From contig OY762007.1 in NCBI GenBank assembly GCA_963665115.1, positions 6,816,001 through 6,880,000 on the forward strand: a DNA stretch of 64,000 nt. The letters run 5' to 3'. Source of the stretch: an uncultured Rivularia sp. Its GTDB lineage: Bacteria > Cyanobacteriota > Cyanobacteriia > Cyanobacteriales > Nostocaceae. Of this stretch, positions 33,168 through 42,836 are shown in pieces. The stretch's first letter is position 1; each line of letters starts with the position of its first letter. The translations under genes and the position numbers were made by a program. The notes under the pieces are model-generated. The model did not search any database. It was not told where the DNA came from and saw nothing but the letters and a program-made list of their open reading frames with translations.

Positions 33168-34499
33168 GTGAATTTTGACAGATTCGTTCGTAAAGTAGAG
33201 GGAGTGCGCCACGAAGTAAATTCTCTACAAAGCCGCGTTATCAAAAAAATACCTCTGCAGCAAGAGGATTTAGTAGCAGAAACATTTGAACAATTAAGTC
33301 TCAGTATAGAAGAACTCAATGTAGCAGAAGAAGAATTACACCAGCAAAACGAAGAATTAATCGGATATCAGGAAGAATTAGCCAAAGAACATCAACGTTA
33401 TCAAGAATTGTTTGATTTTGCTCCCGATGGCTACCTTGTAACAGATACCTACGGTAAAATTATCGAAGCTAATCTTGCTGCATCACAACTATTAGCACTT
33501 GAGAAAAACAGACTCGCTGGTAAACTGATAATTGTTTTTGTTCCTCAAGAAAAACGTGGAGAATTTCGCAAACAACTACGCAACCTGTACGAACAAAAGC
33601 AAATAAAAGATTGGGAAATTGATTTACAGAATTATTGTAAAACCTTATTTTCTTGTGAAATCAACGGCAGCACAATAAACGACAAAAACGGTAACTGTAT
33701 CGGTATGCGTTGGCTATTACGGGATATTAGCGCTCGTAAATTAGCAGAAGCCAAAATCCGCTTCGTAGAACTGCAAAATTTTAAACTAGAAGAATCATCG
33801 CGCTTAAAATCGCAAATTGTAGCGGTTTTATCTCATGAATTGCGAACACCTTTAAACGCAGTTATAGGTTTTTCCGACGTACTTTTACGATTAAACAAAA
33901 AACAATTTTCTCCTCAGTCATTAAATATAGTAGAAACAATTATCAGAAATGGTAAAGAGCTATTAAAATTGATTAATAATATGCTTGATTTTGCCAAATT
34001 AGAAGAAGGCAATCTGACTATTAATTTGCAACAATTTAATATTAAAGAATTAATTAAAAAAATTACAGAAGATTTGTGCATTTTTGCAAATCAGAAAAAC
34101 ATTGGTTTAGAAACTCATATAAATATCCAAAACGTTATAGTTATTAATGACCCAATTCGTCTTCAAAAACTACTAACCAACTTAATTTACAATGCCATTA
34201 AATTTACAGAAACTGGTAGCGTATCAGTTGAATTAAAAGAATTAAACCAAGATAAAATAATTATAACTATTCAAGATACAGGTATTGGGATTTCAGAAAC
34301 AGATTTAGAATATATTTTTCAAGCATTTAGACAAGTAGATCAAAGCAAGACTCGTAGCTACCAAGGAACGGGATTAGGATTAGCAATAGTCAAACACTTA
34401 TTAGATTTAATGGGAGGAAACATTACCGTAGAAAGCTTACTTGGTGAAGGCTCAATATTTCGCGTAGAGTTGCCGAGAACAGTTATCAATTATCAATGA
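33168..34499 (+). CDS. PAS sensor histidine kinase
   Basis: SHELRTPLNAVIGF, NLIYNAIKFT, DTGIGI, GTGLGLAIV; GTG start with GAGGT RBS. Confidence 0.93.
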   Translation: MNFDRFVRKVEGVRHEVNSLQSRVIKKIPLQQEDLVAETFEQLSLSIEELNVAEEELHQQNEELIGYQEELAKEHQRYQELFDFAPDGYLVTDTYGKIIEANLAASQLLALEKNRLAGKLIIVFVPQEKRGEFRKQLRNLYEQKQIKDWEIDLQNYCKTLFSCEINGSTINDKNGNCIGMRWLLRDISARKLAEAKIRFVELQNFKLEESSRLKSQIVAVLSHELRTPLNAVIGFSDVLLRLNKKQFSPQSLNIVETIIRNGKELLKLINNMLDFAKLEEGNLTINLQQFNIKELIKKITEDLCIFANQKNIGLETHINIQNVIVINDPIRLQKLLTNLIYNAIKFTETGSVSVELKELNQDKIIITIQDTGIGISETDLEYIFQAFRQVDQSKTRSYQGTGLGLAIVKHLLDLMGGNITVESLLGEGSIFRVELPRTVINYQ

Positions 34500-34538
34500 A
34501 CAATTATCAGTTAGCAGTGAGCAAGTTATCCATTAAAC

Positions 34539-34592
34539 GCCCTCACCCTTGAAGGGTGGGGCTACAGGAACAAAGCCTGCCTTCGCAGGCTG
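34539..34592. repeat. REP-like double hairpin between convergent genes
   Basis: GCCCTCACCCTT-GAAGGGTGGGGC-TAC then AGCCTGC-cttc-GCAGGCT. Confidence 0.65.
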
Positions 34593-34656
34593 AAAAACAA
34601 TAAAGGCGGTTTTTTTCAAGGAACACCAAAATTGATAATTGATAATTGATAATTGT

Positions 34657-35559
34657 TCATTGTTCATTGATAACTGCTTCCGCGATTCTCAATTTAGCAG
34701 AGCGAGAGCGGGGATTAGTCGAAATTTCTTCTTCTTGAGCAATAATCGGTTTTTTGGTTAATACTTTTAACAATGATGAATCTTTGAAACTGTGCTTAAC
34801 TATTCTGTCCTCTAAACTATGAAAACTGATGACTGCAAATTTACCGCCTTCAACAAGCGCATTTGGTGCTTTTTCTAAAAGAGTTTCTAAAGATTTTAAT
34901 TCATCATTTACAGCAATTCGTAAAGCTTGAAAAACCCGAGTTGCGGGGTGAATTCTGCCATAACGATATTTCCGAGGAACGCTGTAAGATATGGCTTCAG
35001 CTAATTCAGTTGTGGTATGAAACGGGCGCTTTTCAACAATACGTCTAGCGATACGTCGTGACAACCTTTCCTCCCCATATTTAAAGAAAACATTCGCTAA
35101 TTCCACTTCATCCCAATGATTTATTGCTTCAGCAGCAGTTAAAGATTGTCTTCTATCCATTCGCATATCAAGTTCGGCTTCATTGCGAAAACTAAAACCC
35201 CTCTCCGGATTATCTAAATGGTAAGAACTGACTCCCAAGTCTGCAATAATACCGTCAAAAGTATTGTGTGGAAAATTATATTCAGCAAAATTGCTGCGGA
35301 CAAATTCTACACGAGTTCCATATTCAGCCAAATTATTTGTTGCTGCCGTCAAAGCATCTTCATCGCGATCGATCGCAGTTATTTTTGTATCCGGTGCCGC
35401 CGATAAAATTAACCGAGAATGTCCACCACCACCAACAGTTGTATCCAAATAATGCCCGCCTTCGCGTATCGCCAAACCTGAAATAATCTCTTTTCCCAAA
35501 ACCGGAATATGTGAAAAAGCGGGTTCTGCATTAGATGCTGTTGGCGATTCATTAGTCAT
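34657..35559 (-). CDS. rsmH: 16S rRNA (cytosine1402-N4)-methyltransferase RsmH
   Basis: [44 protein letters not shown] and [10 protein letters not shown] motifs. Confidence 0.97.
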   Translation of the reverse strand: MTNESPTASNAEPAFSHIPVLGKEIISGLAIREGGHYLDTTVGGGGHSRLILSAAPDTKITAIDRDEDALTAATNNLAEYGTRVEFVRSNFAEYNFPHNTFDGIIADLGVSSYHLDNPERGFSFRNEAELDMRMDRRQSLTAAEAINHWDEVELANVFFKYGEERLSRRIARRIVEKRPFHTTTELAEAISYSVPRKYRYGRIHPATRVFQALRIAVNDELKSLETLLEKAPNALVEGGKFAVISFHSLEDRIVKHSFKDSSLLKVLTKKPIIAQEEEISTNPRSRSAKLRIAEAVINEQ

Positions 35560-35622
35560 AGTATCTTATTATGAATTATTAACGTGCCCTGATGCCCGTA
35601 CCACAAGAATTATATCTAGATT

Positions 35623-35689
35623 GTAGGGTGTGCTACGGCATTATATCTGTCTGGGGAAATGAAAGATATAGTTCAAGCTGTGACGCACC
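35623..35689 (+). repeat. GTAG-headed long-loop hairpin (same family as 43097-43165)
   Basis: GTAG-GGTGTGCTACGGC...GCTGTGACGCACC. Confidence 0.6.
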
Positions 35690-36135
35690 AGAATATTGAA
35701 TAATTAAACAAGCGATAAATGTTAATTTATTCGCATTAAATTTGATGGGTTTTTCGCACACTCACTCGGGGTAGAATATAACCCGTCAAATTTAATGAAA
35801 TCAACCACTAATTAAATCAGCGTTGAAATTTAGATTGTGACGAGTGAGTAGGAGCAAGGCTTTTAGACATTTAAATGGCTTCTCAACAGGAATTCAATTA
35901 TAAAAAAGAGCAATTTCGGCGTTGCTCCAACTTCAGGAACTATGTAATCCTCAGAATTAGACATAATAATGCACCTTACCGCGCTTCATCCTTCATAATT
36001 AAGAAAATGCTGCTTAATTTATCTTCACTCTCCCGAAAAGCAGGCATGAGCAAATATTTGATTCACAATATTTGGTTAAAATAACTAAACTTAGGGGTGA
36101 GTGCAACAAGAGTCTAAAGGGAGAATTACTAGTTT

Positions 36136-37320
36136 ATGGCATTAATGGAAACTCGCACCGAACCGATGGTGCTGAACATGGGACCGCACCATCCTTCGAT
36201 GCACGGCGTTTTACGTCTAATTATGACGTTAGACGGTGAAGACGTATTAGATTGCGAACCCGTTATCGGCTATCTACACCGGGGAATGGAAAAAATTGCC
36301 GAAAACCGAACTAATGTCATGTACGTTCCCTACGTGAGTCGGTGGGATTACGCAGCGGGAATGTTCAACGAAGCCGTTACCGTCAACGCACCGGAAAAAT
36401 TAGCCGACATCGAAGTTCCCAAACGTGCCAGCTACATCCGCGTCATCATGCTGGAATTGAACCGCATCGCCAACCACTTATTGTGGTGGGGGCCATTCAT
36501 GGCTGACGTAGGCGCACAAACTCCCTTCTTCTACCAGTTTCGCGAACGCGAAATGATTTACGATTTATGGGAAGCCGCTACAGGTTATCGCATGGTAAAC
36601 AACAACTACTTCCGCATTGGTGGTGTAGCGGTTGATTTACCTTACGGTTGGGTAGATAAATGTATGGAATTTTGCGAATACTTTTTACCCAAAGTAGACG
36701 AATACGAACGCTTAGTTACGAAAAATCCCATATTCCGCCGTCGTGTAGAAGGATTGGGCGTAATTACTCGCGAACAAGCGATAAACTGGGGATTATCTGG
36801 CCCAATGTTACGCGCTTCTGGCGTGAAGTGGGACTTAAGAAAAGTTGACCACTACGAATGTTACGACGATTTTGACTGGGATGTGCAGTGGGACACCGTT
36901 GGAGACTGTCTCGCTCGCTATACAGTAAGATTGCGGGAAATGCGCGAATCGGTCAAAATCCTCAAGCAAGCCCTCAAAGGACTTCCTGGCGGCCCTTACG
37001 AGAACCTTGAAGCAAAACGGATGCAGGAAGGTAAAAAGTCCAAGTGGAACGACTTTGAATATCAGTATATTGCTAAAAAAGTTGCTCCAACCTTCAAGAT
37101 TCCTAATGGTGAAATCTATTCCCGCGTAGAAAGCGGTAAAGGTGAATTAGGAATTTATTTAGTTGGAGAAAATAACGTCTTTCCTTGGCGTTGGAAAATC
37201 CGTCCAGCAGATTTTAATAACCTGCAAATTTTACCCGAACTATTAAAAGGCGTAAAAGTAGCAGATATTGTTGTGATATTAGGTAGCATCGACGTAATTA
37301 TGGGTTCCGTTGACAGATAA
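36136..37320 (+). CDS. ndhH: NAD(P)H-quinone oxidoreductase subunit H
   Basis: [32 protein letters not shown] and C-terminal GSVDR. Confidence 0.98.
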   Translation: MALMETRTEPMVLNMGPHHPSMHGVLRLIMTLDGEDVLDCEPVIGYLHRGMEKIAENRTNVMYVPYVSRWDYAAGMFNEAVTVNAPEKLADIEVPKRASYIRVIMLELNRIANHLLWWGPFMADVGAQTPFFYQFREREMIYDLWEAATGYRMVNNNYFRIGGVAVDLPYGWVDKCMEFCEYFLPKVDEYERLVTKNPIFRRRVEGLGVITREQAINWGLSGPMLRASGVKWDLRKVDHYECYDDFDWDVQWDTVGDCLARYTVRLREMRESVKILKQALKGLPGGPYENLEAKRMQEGKKSKWNDFEYQYIAKKVAPTFKIPNGEIYSRVESGKGELGIYLVGENNVFPWRWKIRPADFNNLQILPELLKGVKVADIVVILGSIDVIMGSVDR

Positions 37321-37576
37321 ACCCACTTTAGATTTTAGATTTTGCGAAAAGTTGAGGAAGAGTTGCGTGCGGGGGTTCCCCCCGTTGAGCAAACTAACCC
37401 ACACCTTACGGTGAACGGGTGTAGATGTTCTTCCCCTCAAACTTTCCAAGACAGATTTTGGATTTTGGATTGTATTTGATAATTCAAAATCTAGAATCTT
37501 TTTTTATTTTCTTAGGGAATGGGAGGGGGAAGAGGGGGAAGAGAGGGAAGAGGGGGTAGAATTCTTAGAATTTTTT

Positions 37577-37605
37577 GTAGCTAGGGAGCAAGATGCTCCC
37601 ACTAC
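37577..37605 (+). repeat. 29-bp REP-like element; exact inverted copy at 39957-39985
   Basis: GTAGCTAGGGAGCAAGATGCTCCCACTAC is the exact reverse complement of GTAGTGGGAGCATCTTGCTCCCTAGCTAC. Confidence 0.85.
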
Positions 37606-37658
37606 ATTCACAACCTTTAACCTTTAACCTTTAACCTTTAACCTTTGACCTAAATCTC

Positions 37659-38213
37659 GTGATTTCTCAAATTATATTTTTACTGTTCTTCCCTGCTTGT
37701 CTGGGGATATTAAGACAAGTTATCTGGGCTTCGGAATTAACGCATCAATTATTAGCTGTGGGAATATTTTTCTTTTGTATAGAACAAGCTAATATGGCGA
37801 ACCAGGATTTACAACAAGTTGCTAATGCTAAAACCAAAGTTAAAGATGCTCGCTTAGATATTTTTCATCATATTACTATTATTACAATTATTATAGAATT
37901 AATCGGGTTTTATTTATCATCAATATATATAGGTGGTGGTTCTCTTTTAATTTTATTCGGTTTAATTTGGTTTAATCTATTTGCTAATATAAAAATTAAT
38001 CTCTCAGCTAAACATATAATTCAACCTTGGCATATTACCGAACGTCTACCAGTTTTAATTGCCGATTTAGTTGGATTGATTTTAGTTAATCTGTGGATGT
38101 TAAAAATTGCCGATATTTGCATATCCTGGGGACTTTTCGCAATGGCTGTAGTTTTCTGTGGTATTAAATTGTTTTTATATTTTAAGTCTTTTAATTTGGT
38201 TCGGGAAGTGTGA
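37659..38213 (+). CDS. Hypothetical multi-pass membrane protein
   Basis: 184-aa hydrophobic ORF with CIEQA.MA.QDL motif. Confidence 0.75.
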   Translation: MISQIIFLLFFPACLGILRQVIWASELTHQLLAVGIFFFCIEQANMANQDLQQVANAKTKVKDARLDIFHHITIITIIIELIGFYLSSIYIGGGSLLILFGLIWFNLFANIKINLSAKHIIQPWHITERLPVLIADLVGLILVNLWMLKIADICISWGLFAMAVVFCGIKLFLYFKSFNLVREV

Positions 38214-38334
38214 AAATTTATTATTATACTCGTACTGAAGAGTCAAAAAGTTCGTAGTAAGGGGTTAAGCCCTTCTTCTCAGAGGACTAAAGTCCTTACT
38301 ACAAACCGATGAAAATTAATAAAATTTGATATTT

Positions 38335-39579
38335 ATGGAATACAACCCTCAACTCTACCAAGAAATTACCAACCGCATCACCGCAAGCCCTCAACAACGC
38401 ATCACTTTCGCCGAATACATGGACTTAGCGCTATATCATCCAGAATACGGTTACTATTCTCAAAAAGCCGCATTAGGAAAAGAAGGCGATTTTTTTACTT
38501 CCGTCCATCTCGGTGCTGACATAGGTGAAATGTTGGCAATTCAGTTTATGGAAATGTGGGAGATATTAGGTCAGCCAGAAACTTTTAATTTAATAGAAAT
38601 GGGTGCGGGGCAAGGATATTTAGCAGCAGATATTCTTAACTATATTAAACAAAAATATCCAGATTTATTCAAAGCTTTAAAATATACAATTATCGAAAAA
38701 TCACCAGGATTAAAACAACTTCAACAACAACGTTTAAAAGAATTTGAAGTTACCTGGTGCAACTTAGAAGAAATACCAAACAATTCCGTCACCGGATGCT
38801 TTTTCTCAAATGAATTAGTAGACGCTTTCCCCGTGCATCAATTCAAGATAGAAAACGGAGAATTGCGCGAGATTTACGTTACTAATGTAGAAAATTCTAC
38901 CCCCTCTACCCCCTCTTCCCCCTCTCCCCCCTCTCCCCCCTCTCCCCCCTCTCCCCCCTCTCCCCCCTCTCCCCCCTCTCCCCCCTCTAATCTTTTCACC
39001 GAAATTACCGACAAACCTTCAACACCAAAACTGCTTGATTACTTAGACTCCTTAGAAATAGACATTAATCAATATGCCGATGGATATCGTAGCGAGATTA
39101 ATTTAGCAGCTTTGGAATGGTTAAGTGTAATAGCTCACCGTTTGCAGCGCGGCTATGTGCTAACAATTGACTATGGATATATTAAAAACCGTTATTACAA
39201 TCCCAGACGCGATCGAGGCAGCTTACAGTGCTACACTCAACATCATCGCCATAACGACCCGTATATTAACATTGGACAGCAAGATATCACCGCTCATGTT
39301 GACTTTACAGCCTTAGAAAAAAATGGCGATCGCCTCGGTTTGCACAAAATTGGTTTAACGCAACAAGGATTATTTTTAATGGCTTTAGGATTAGGGGAGC
39401 GTGTAGCATCTCTATCTCAATCCAAGCAACCTTTATCTACCATATTGCAACGTCGCGACTCATTACATCAACTTTTAGATCCAATGGGGCTTGGTGGTTT
39501 CCACGTTTTAGTTCAAGCCAAAGGATTAAAAGAAACAGAAAAATCTCAGCAACTCAAAGGTTTTATTCAGCCATATTAG
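38335..39579 (+). CDS. SAM-dependent methyltransferase, MidA/NDUFAF7 (DUF185) family
   Basis: ITFAEYM.LALYHP.YGYY, GDFFTS, EMGAG.G.LA, SNELVDAFP, IDYG and QDITAHVDF motifs. Confidence 0.92.
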   Translation: MEYNPQLYQEITNRITASPQQRITFAEYMDLALYHPEYGYYSQKAALGKEGDFFTSVHLGADIGEMLAIQFMEMWEILGQPETFNLIEMGAGQGYLAADILNYIKQKYPDLFKALKYTIIEKSPGLKQLQQQRLKEFEVTWCNLEEIPNNSVTGCFFSNELVDAFPVHQFKIENGELREIYVTNVENSTPSTPSSPSPPSPPSPPSPPSPPSPPSPPSNLFTEITDKPSTPKLLDYLDSLEIDINQYADGYRSEINLAALEWLSVIAHRLQRGYVLTIDYGYIKNRYYNPRRDRGSLQCYTQHHRHNDPYINIGQQDITAHVDFTALEKNGDRLGLHKIGLTQQGLFLMALGLGERVASLSQSKQPLSTILQRRDSLHQLLDPMGLGGFHVLVQAKGLKETEKSQQLKGFIQPY

Positions 39580-39753
39580 GAATTTATCTCAAAATCGCAA
39601 AATCTGTCGATGCTTAGTTTGGGGGAAGAAAATCTACACCCCCAACTTTCCGCAAAAGTTAAAATTTTATTCGTCTTACATCAATTACCACTAATAGTTG
39701 TTCTAACATAGTAGCGATCGCAGTGCTATATAAACACAACAAAGGTAATAATT

Positions 39754-39849
39754 ATGTCTACTCACGATTTATTAATGTTAATTGGATTACTTACTCCCGG
39801 AATCTTGCTATCAGTAATCATTATGGTGACATTCGCCGCTGGAGGCTGA
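39754..39849 (+). CDS. 31-aa single-TM micro-protein (Norf4-like)
   Basis: MSTHDLLMLIGLLTPGILLSVIIMVTFAAGG with AAAGGT RBS; below the ORF-track cutoff. Similarity to Synechocystis Norf4 is from recall. Confidence 0.7.
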   Translation: MSTHDLLMLIGLLTPGILLSVIIMVTFAAGG

Positions 39850-40108
39850 TTTAAGAAAGTTAGGAGTAGGGAGTAGGGAGTAGGGAGTAGTGAGTAGAGA
39901 GTAGAAAGTAGTGAGTTAGGAGTTGGGAATTTATAAATATGTTGCGATTAATTTTCGTAGTGGGAGCATCTTGCTCCCTAGCTACAAAATTAAATCCTTA
40001 AAATTCTCCCCCCTCTACCCCCTCTACCCCATCTACCCCGTCTCCCTCTCCCCCTCTCTCATTTCAAATAATCATTTAAAGACTAAATATAAGAAAAGGA
40101 ATTAAAAC

Positions 40109-40984
40109 ATGAAGGTGGCATTTCTGGGTACTGGATTAATGGGGCAACCGATGGCACAAAGGTTGTTAGAAAAAGGTGTCGAATTAATTGCTTATAATCG
40201 TACCCCAGAAAAATTAGAACCCTTAAAAGCAGCAGGAGCCGAAGTTGTAGAAAATCCCCATCAGGCGATCGCCGCTGCTGATTATGTGGTACTTATGCTT
40301 ACTAATACGGCAGCAATTTACACTGTATTGCTTTCGGATATGTCTTCTCGGAGCGTCAAAGGAAAACAAGTTATCCAAATGGGAACAATCACCCCTACAG
40401 AAAGCAGAGAAATTAGAGATGCAGTAGTTTCTGCTGGCGGCGATTATATCGAAGCACCAGTACTTGGCAGTAGACCTGAAGCCAAAGATGGTAAATTAAT
40501 TGTCATGGTAGGCGCACAAAAGGATCAATACAGATACAGCTTAGAATTATTAAAGCATTTTGGCCCAGATCCAATACTTGTAGGTTCCGTAGGAAGTGCC
40601 GCAGCATTAAAATTAGCTTTAAATCAACTAATAGCATCTTTGACATCTGCCTTTGGTTTGAGTCTCGGATTTATCCAAAGTCAGGGTATTAAACCAGACG
40701 TATTTATGCAGATTTTGCGTGAAAGTGCGGTTTATGCACCTACCTTTGATAAAAAGTTGCAGCGTATGGTAGATGGAAATTATGCCAATCCCAACTTCCC
40801 TGTAAAGCATTTGGTTAAAGATACAGAGTATTTTATTGAAGAAGCCAAAGAAGCAGGATTAAATGTTAGCAGCATTGAAGGTGTTAAAGAAATTCTCGAC
40901 ATGACAATGAAAATGGCAATGAAAAATGAAGATTATTCATCCTTGTTTGAAGCGATTAAAGCCGGAGAGCATGGGGAGAGTTGA
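40109..40984 (+). CDS. NAD(P)-dependent oxidoreductase (3-hydroxyisobutyrate/6-phosphogluconate dehydrogenase family)
   Basis: FLGTGLMG, YNRT, EAPVLGS, KLALN and KD motifs. Confidence 0.92.
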   Translation: MKVAFLGTGLMGQPMAQRLLEKGVELIAYNRTPEKLEPLKAAGAEVVENPHQAIAAADYVVLMLTNTAAIYTVLLSDMSSRSVKGKQVIQMGTITPTESREIRDAVVSAGGDYIEAPVLGSRPEAKDGKLIVMVGAQKDQYRYSLELLKHFGPDPILVGSVGSAAALKLALNQLIASLTSAFGLSLGFIQSQGIKPDVFMQILRESAVYAPTFDKKLQRMVDGNYANPNFPVKHLVKDTEYFIEEAKEAGLNVSSIEGVKEILDMTMKMAMKNEDYSSLFEAIKAGEHGES

Positions 40985-41008
40985 GGATTGGGGATTGGGG
41001 ATTGATTT

Positions 41009-41038
41009 GTAGGTTGGGTTGAGGAACGAAACCCAACA
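41009..41038 (+). repeat. GTAG-REP, short-loop form
   Basis: GTAG-GTTGGGTT-GAGGAACG-AAACCCAAC; opposite orientation to the array units downstream. Confidence 0.85.
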
Positions 41039-41141
41039 TAATCTAGGAAACTCAACGAAATAATTCAACTCAAAATAAATATCAAAATATCCAATAAAAC
41101 AACACACCTTATTTTAAAAATGTATGTTGGGTAATTTCATC

Positions 41142-41230
41142 TGAAATCAAAATATTGATGTTGGGTTACGACGCAATCGTGCATAAGAAGGTTAATTATT
41201 AAATCTTGTCGTGCGTCTAACCCAACCTAC
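41142..41230 (-). repeat. Cassette-boundary hairpin unit A
   Basis: TGAAATCAAAATA..GATGTTGGGTTA-C-GACGCAAT-(AT-rich)-GTGCGTC-TAACCCAAC-CTAC. Confidence 0.9.
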
Positions 41231-41327
41231 CACTATTTACACAGTATAAAAAGTAACCATGAGGTTGATGATTGCGATTTAGCTATGTAATGATTTAAAC
41301 AATCAGATTTAATAAAAAGTTTATATC

Positions 41328-41687
41328 ATGAAACCGTTGCAAATAATTGTTGGACTATTGGCTGGCCATTTTATAGGGAAAGCCATGTGGGCTGCACTTT
41401 TTTGGCTTCCAGGAATGGTAGTTGCAGCTAAAAATCTTAGTGGGGGTGGTAGTTTACATTTAGGGTGGTTTTCGTTGGCATATATTGCAGCTGTAGCAAT
41501 ATCAATTGTGTTGTGGATTGTTGGTAATCTTTGTGTTTATGCATTGCTGCCTCGTGCTGGTGTCACTTCGGCAATTTTGTCAGCCGTAGTAGGAATTTAC
41601 ATTGCAGTTTTATCACTACCCTGCCTATTATTCGATTGGGATGGAGGCTTATGTCAAACCATAATTTGGACAGGTTGGTGGTTCTAA
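41328..41687 (+). CDS. Hypothetical membrane protein (cassette cargo 1)
   Basis: 119-aa, 3-4 TM segments, Trp-rich C-terminus; lies between units A and B. Confidence 0.7.
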   Translation: MKPLQIIVGLLAGHFIGKAMWAALFWLPGMVVAAKNLSGGGSLHLGWFSLAYIAAVAISIVLWIVGNLCVYALLPRAGVTSAILSAVVGIYIAVLSLPCLLFDWDGGLCQTIIWTGWWF

Positions 41688-41728
41688 TTAGCTTTAAAAA
41701 CACGCTAAAAAATAGTTTACGTTTCCTT

Positions 41729-41815
41729 TGAAATCAAAATATCAATGTTGGGTTACGACGCAATGTTTATTAATTTATCAATCATTTAGAATTCCGTGCG
41801 TCTAACCCAACCTAC
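41729..41815 (-). repeat. Cassette-boundary hairpin unit B
   Basis: Same arms and leader as unit A, different loop. Confidence 0.9.
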
Positions 41816-41841
41816 AATTTGTGCCAGTTGATTGATTTGCT

Positions 41842-42789
41842 ATGGATGAATATGAGGAAATGCTCAGGTTGAATGCTTTGGAGGAAGAAATTATTAAACG
41901 TTACGAAGCTGGGGAACGAAATTTTGCTGGTATTGATTTGAGATTTATCAATATTAGCTATTCCTGTTTTATGGATATCAATTTCAGTGAAGCCAATTTG
42001 CAAGTGTCTTCCTTCCACAACATTTATTTGGTTAACATCAACTTCACTAATGCCAATTTGAAGGGATCTCTTTTCTCCGGCTATTTGATTGGTTGCAATT
42101 TGAGTAACACCAATCTCCGGGAAGTTGATTTTGAAGGTACCAATTTGACTGGGGTTGATTTGACTGGTGCTGACCTGAGTGGTGCTGATTTGAGTAGAGC
42201 TAAATTGATTAGGACTAATTTGAGCAATGCCAATTTGACTGGTGCCAAGATTACTCCAAGTACTATCTTCTGCAACACTATTATGCCAGACGGAAGAATT
42301 GAGAATAAGTCTTCCAAGGTCATTGATTCCCAAGAATTGCTCAGGCGTTATGCCGAAGGGGAGAAAGATTTCCGAAATATTTTCTTGGATAGAGTTGACT
42401 TGAGTGGGGTTAACTTGCAATCGATTAATTTGTGCGGCGCTCATTTGAGCCATGTCAATTTGCAAGGTGCTTTCTTTGAGGGAGAGATATCGGCTCACTT
42501 CATCTGTTGTGATATGAGAGATGCTCGGTTGATTTGTACCAGTCCTGACTACGGGAATCAACCGAGTTTTACTTGTTGTGACTTGCGAAGAGTTCAAATG
42601 GGTGGGGGTATAGACACTTTCGGTGCTATCGGCAACAACTTCCAAGGTTCCAATGCCCATTTCCGTTGTGATGACGGTGATATCTTTATTCACAACAGCA
42701 CTTGGTTTAATGGAGAGTTCATTGCTGGACCTGTTTGGTTGATGGAATATTGGGGAAATATTAGAGAGATTGACCCCAGTGACTTTTGA
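41842..42789 (+). CDS. Pentapeptide-repeat protein with two tandem modules (cassette cargo 2)
   Basis: RYEAGERNFAGIDL and RYAEGEKDFRNIFL module starts, A(D/N)L repeats, TIMPDG linker. Confidence 0.88.
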   Translation: MDEYEEMLRLNALEEEIIKRYEAGERNFAGIDLRFINISYSCFMDINFSEANLQVSSFHNIYLVNINFTNANLKGSLFSGYLIGCNLSNTNLREVDFEGTNLTGVDLTGADLSGADLSRAKLIRTNLSNANLTGAKITPSTIFCNTIMPDGRIENKSSKVIDSQELLRRYAEGEKDFRNIFLDRVDLSGVNLQSINLCGAHLSHVNLQGAFFEGEISAHFICCDMRDARLICTSPDYGNQPSFTCCDLRRVQMGGGIDTFGAIGNNFQGSNAHFRCDDGDIFIHNSTWFNGEFIAGPVWLMEYWGNIREIDPSDF

Positions 42790-42836
42790 TGAATTTGTAG
42801 AACTTTTATCCGCCATCAAAGTTGAGCAATTTCGTA

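Noticed and set aside
41812..42819. 335-aa antisense ORF
   Set aside because: Shadow frame of the pentapeptide gene; pentapeptide codons commonly leave the reverse strand open.
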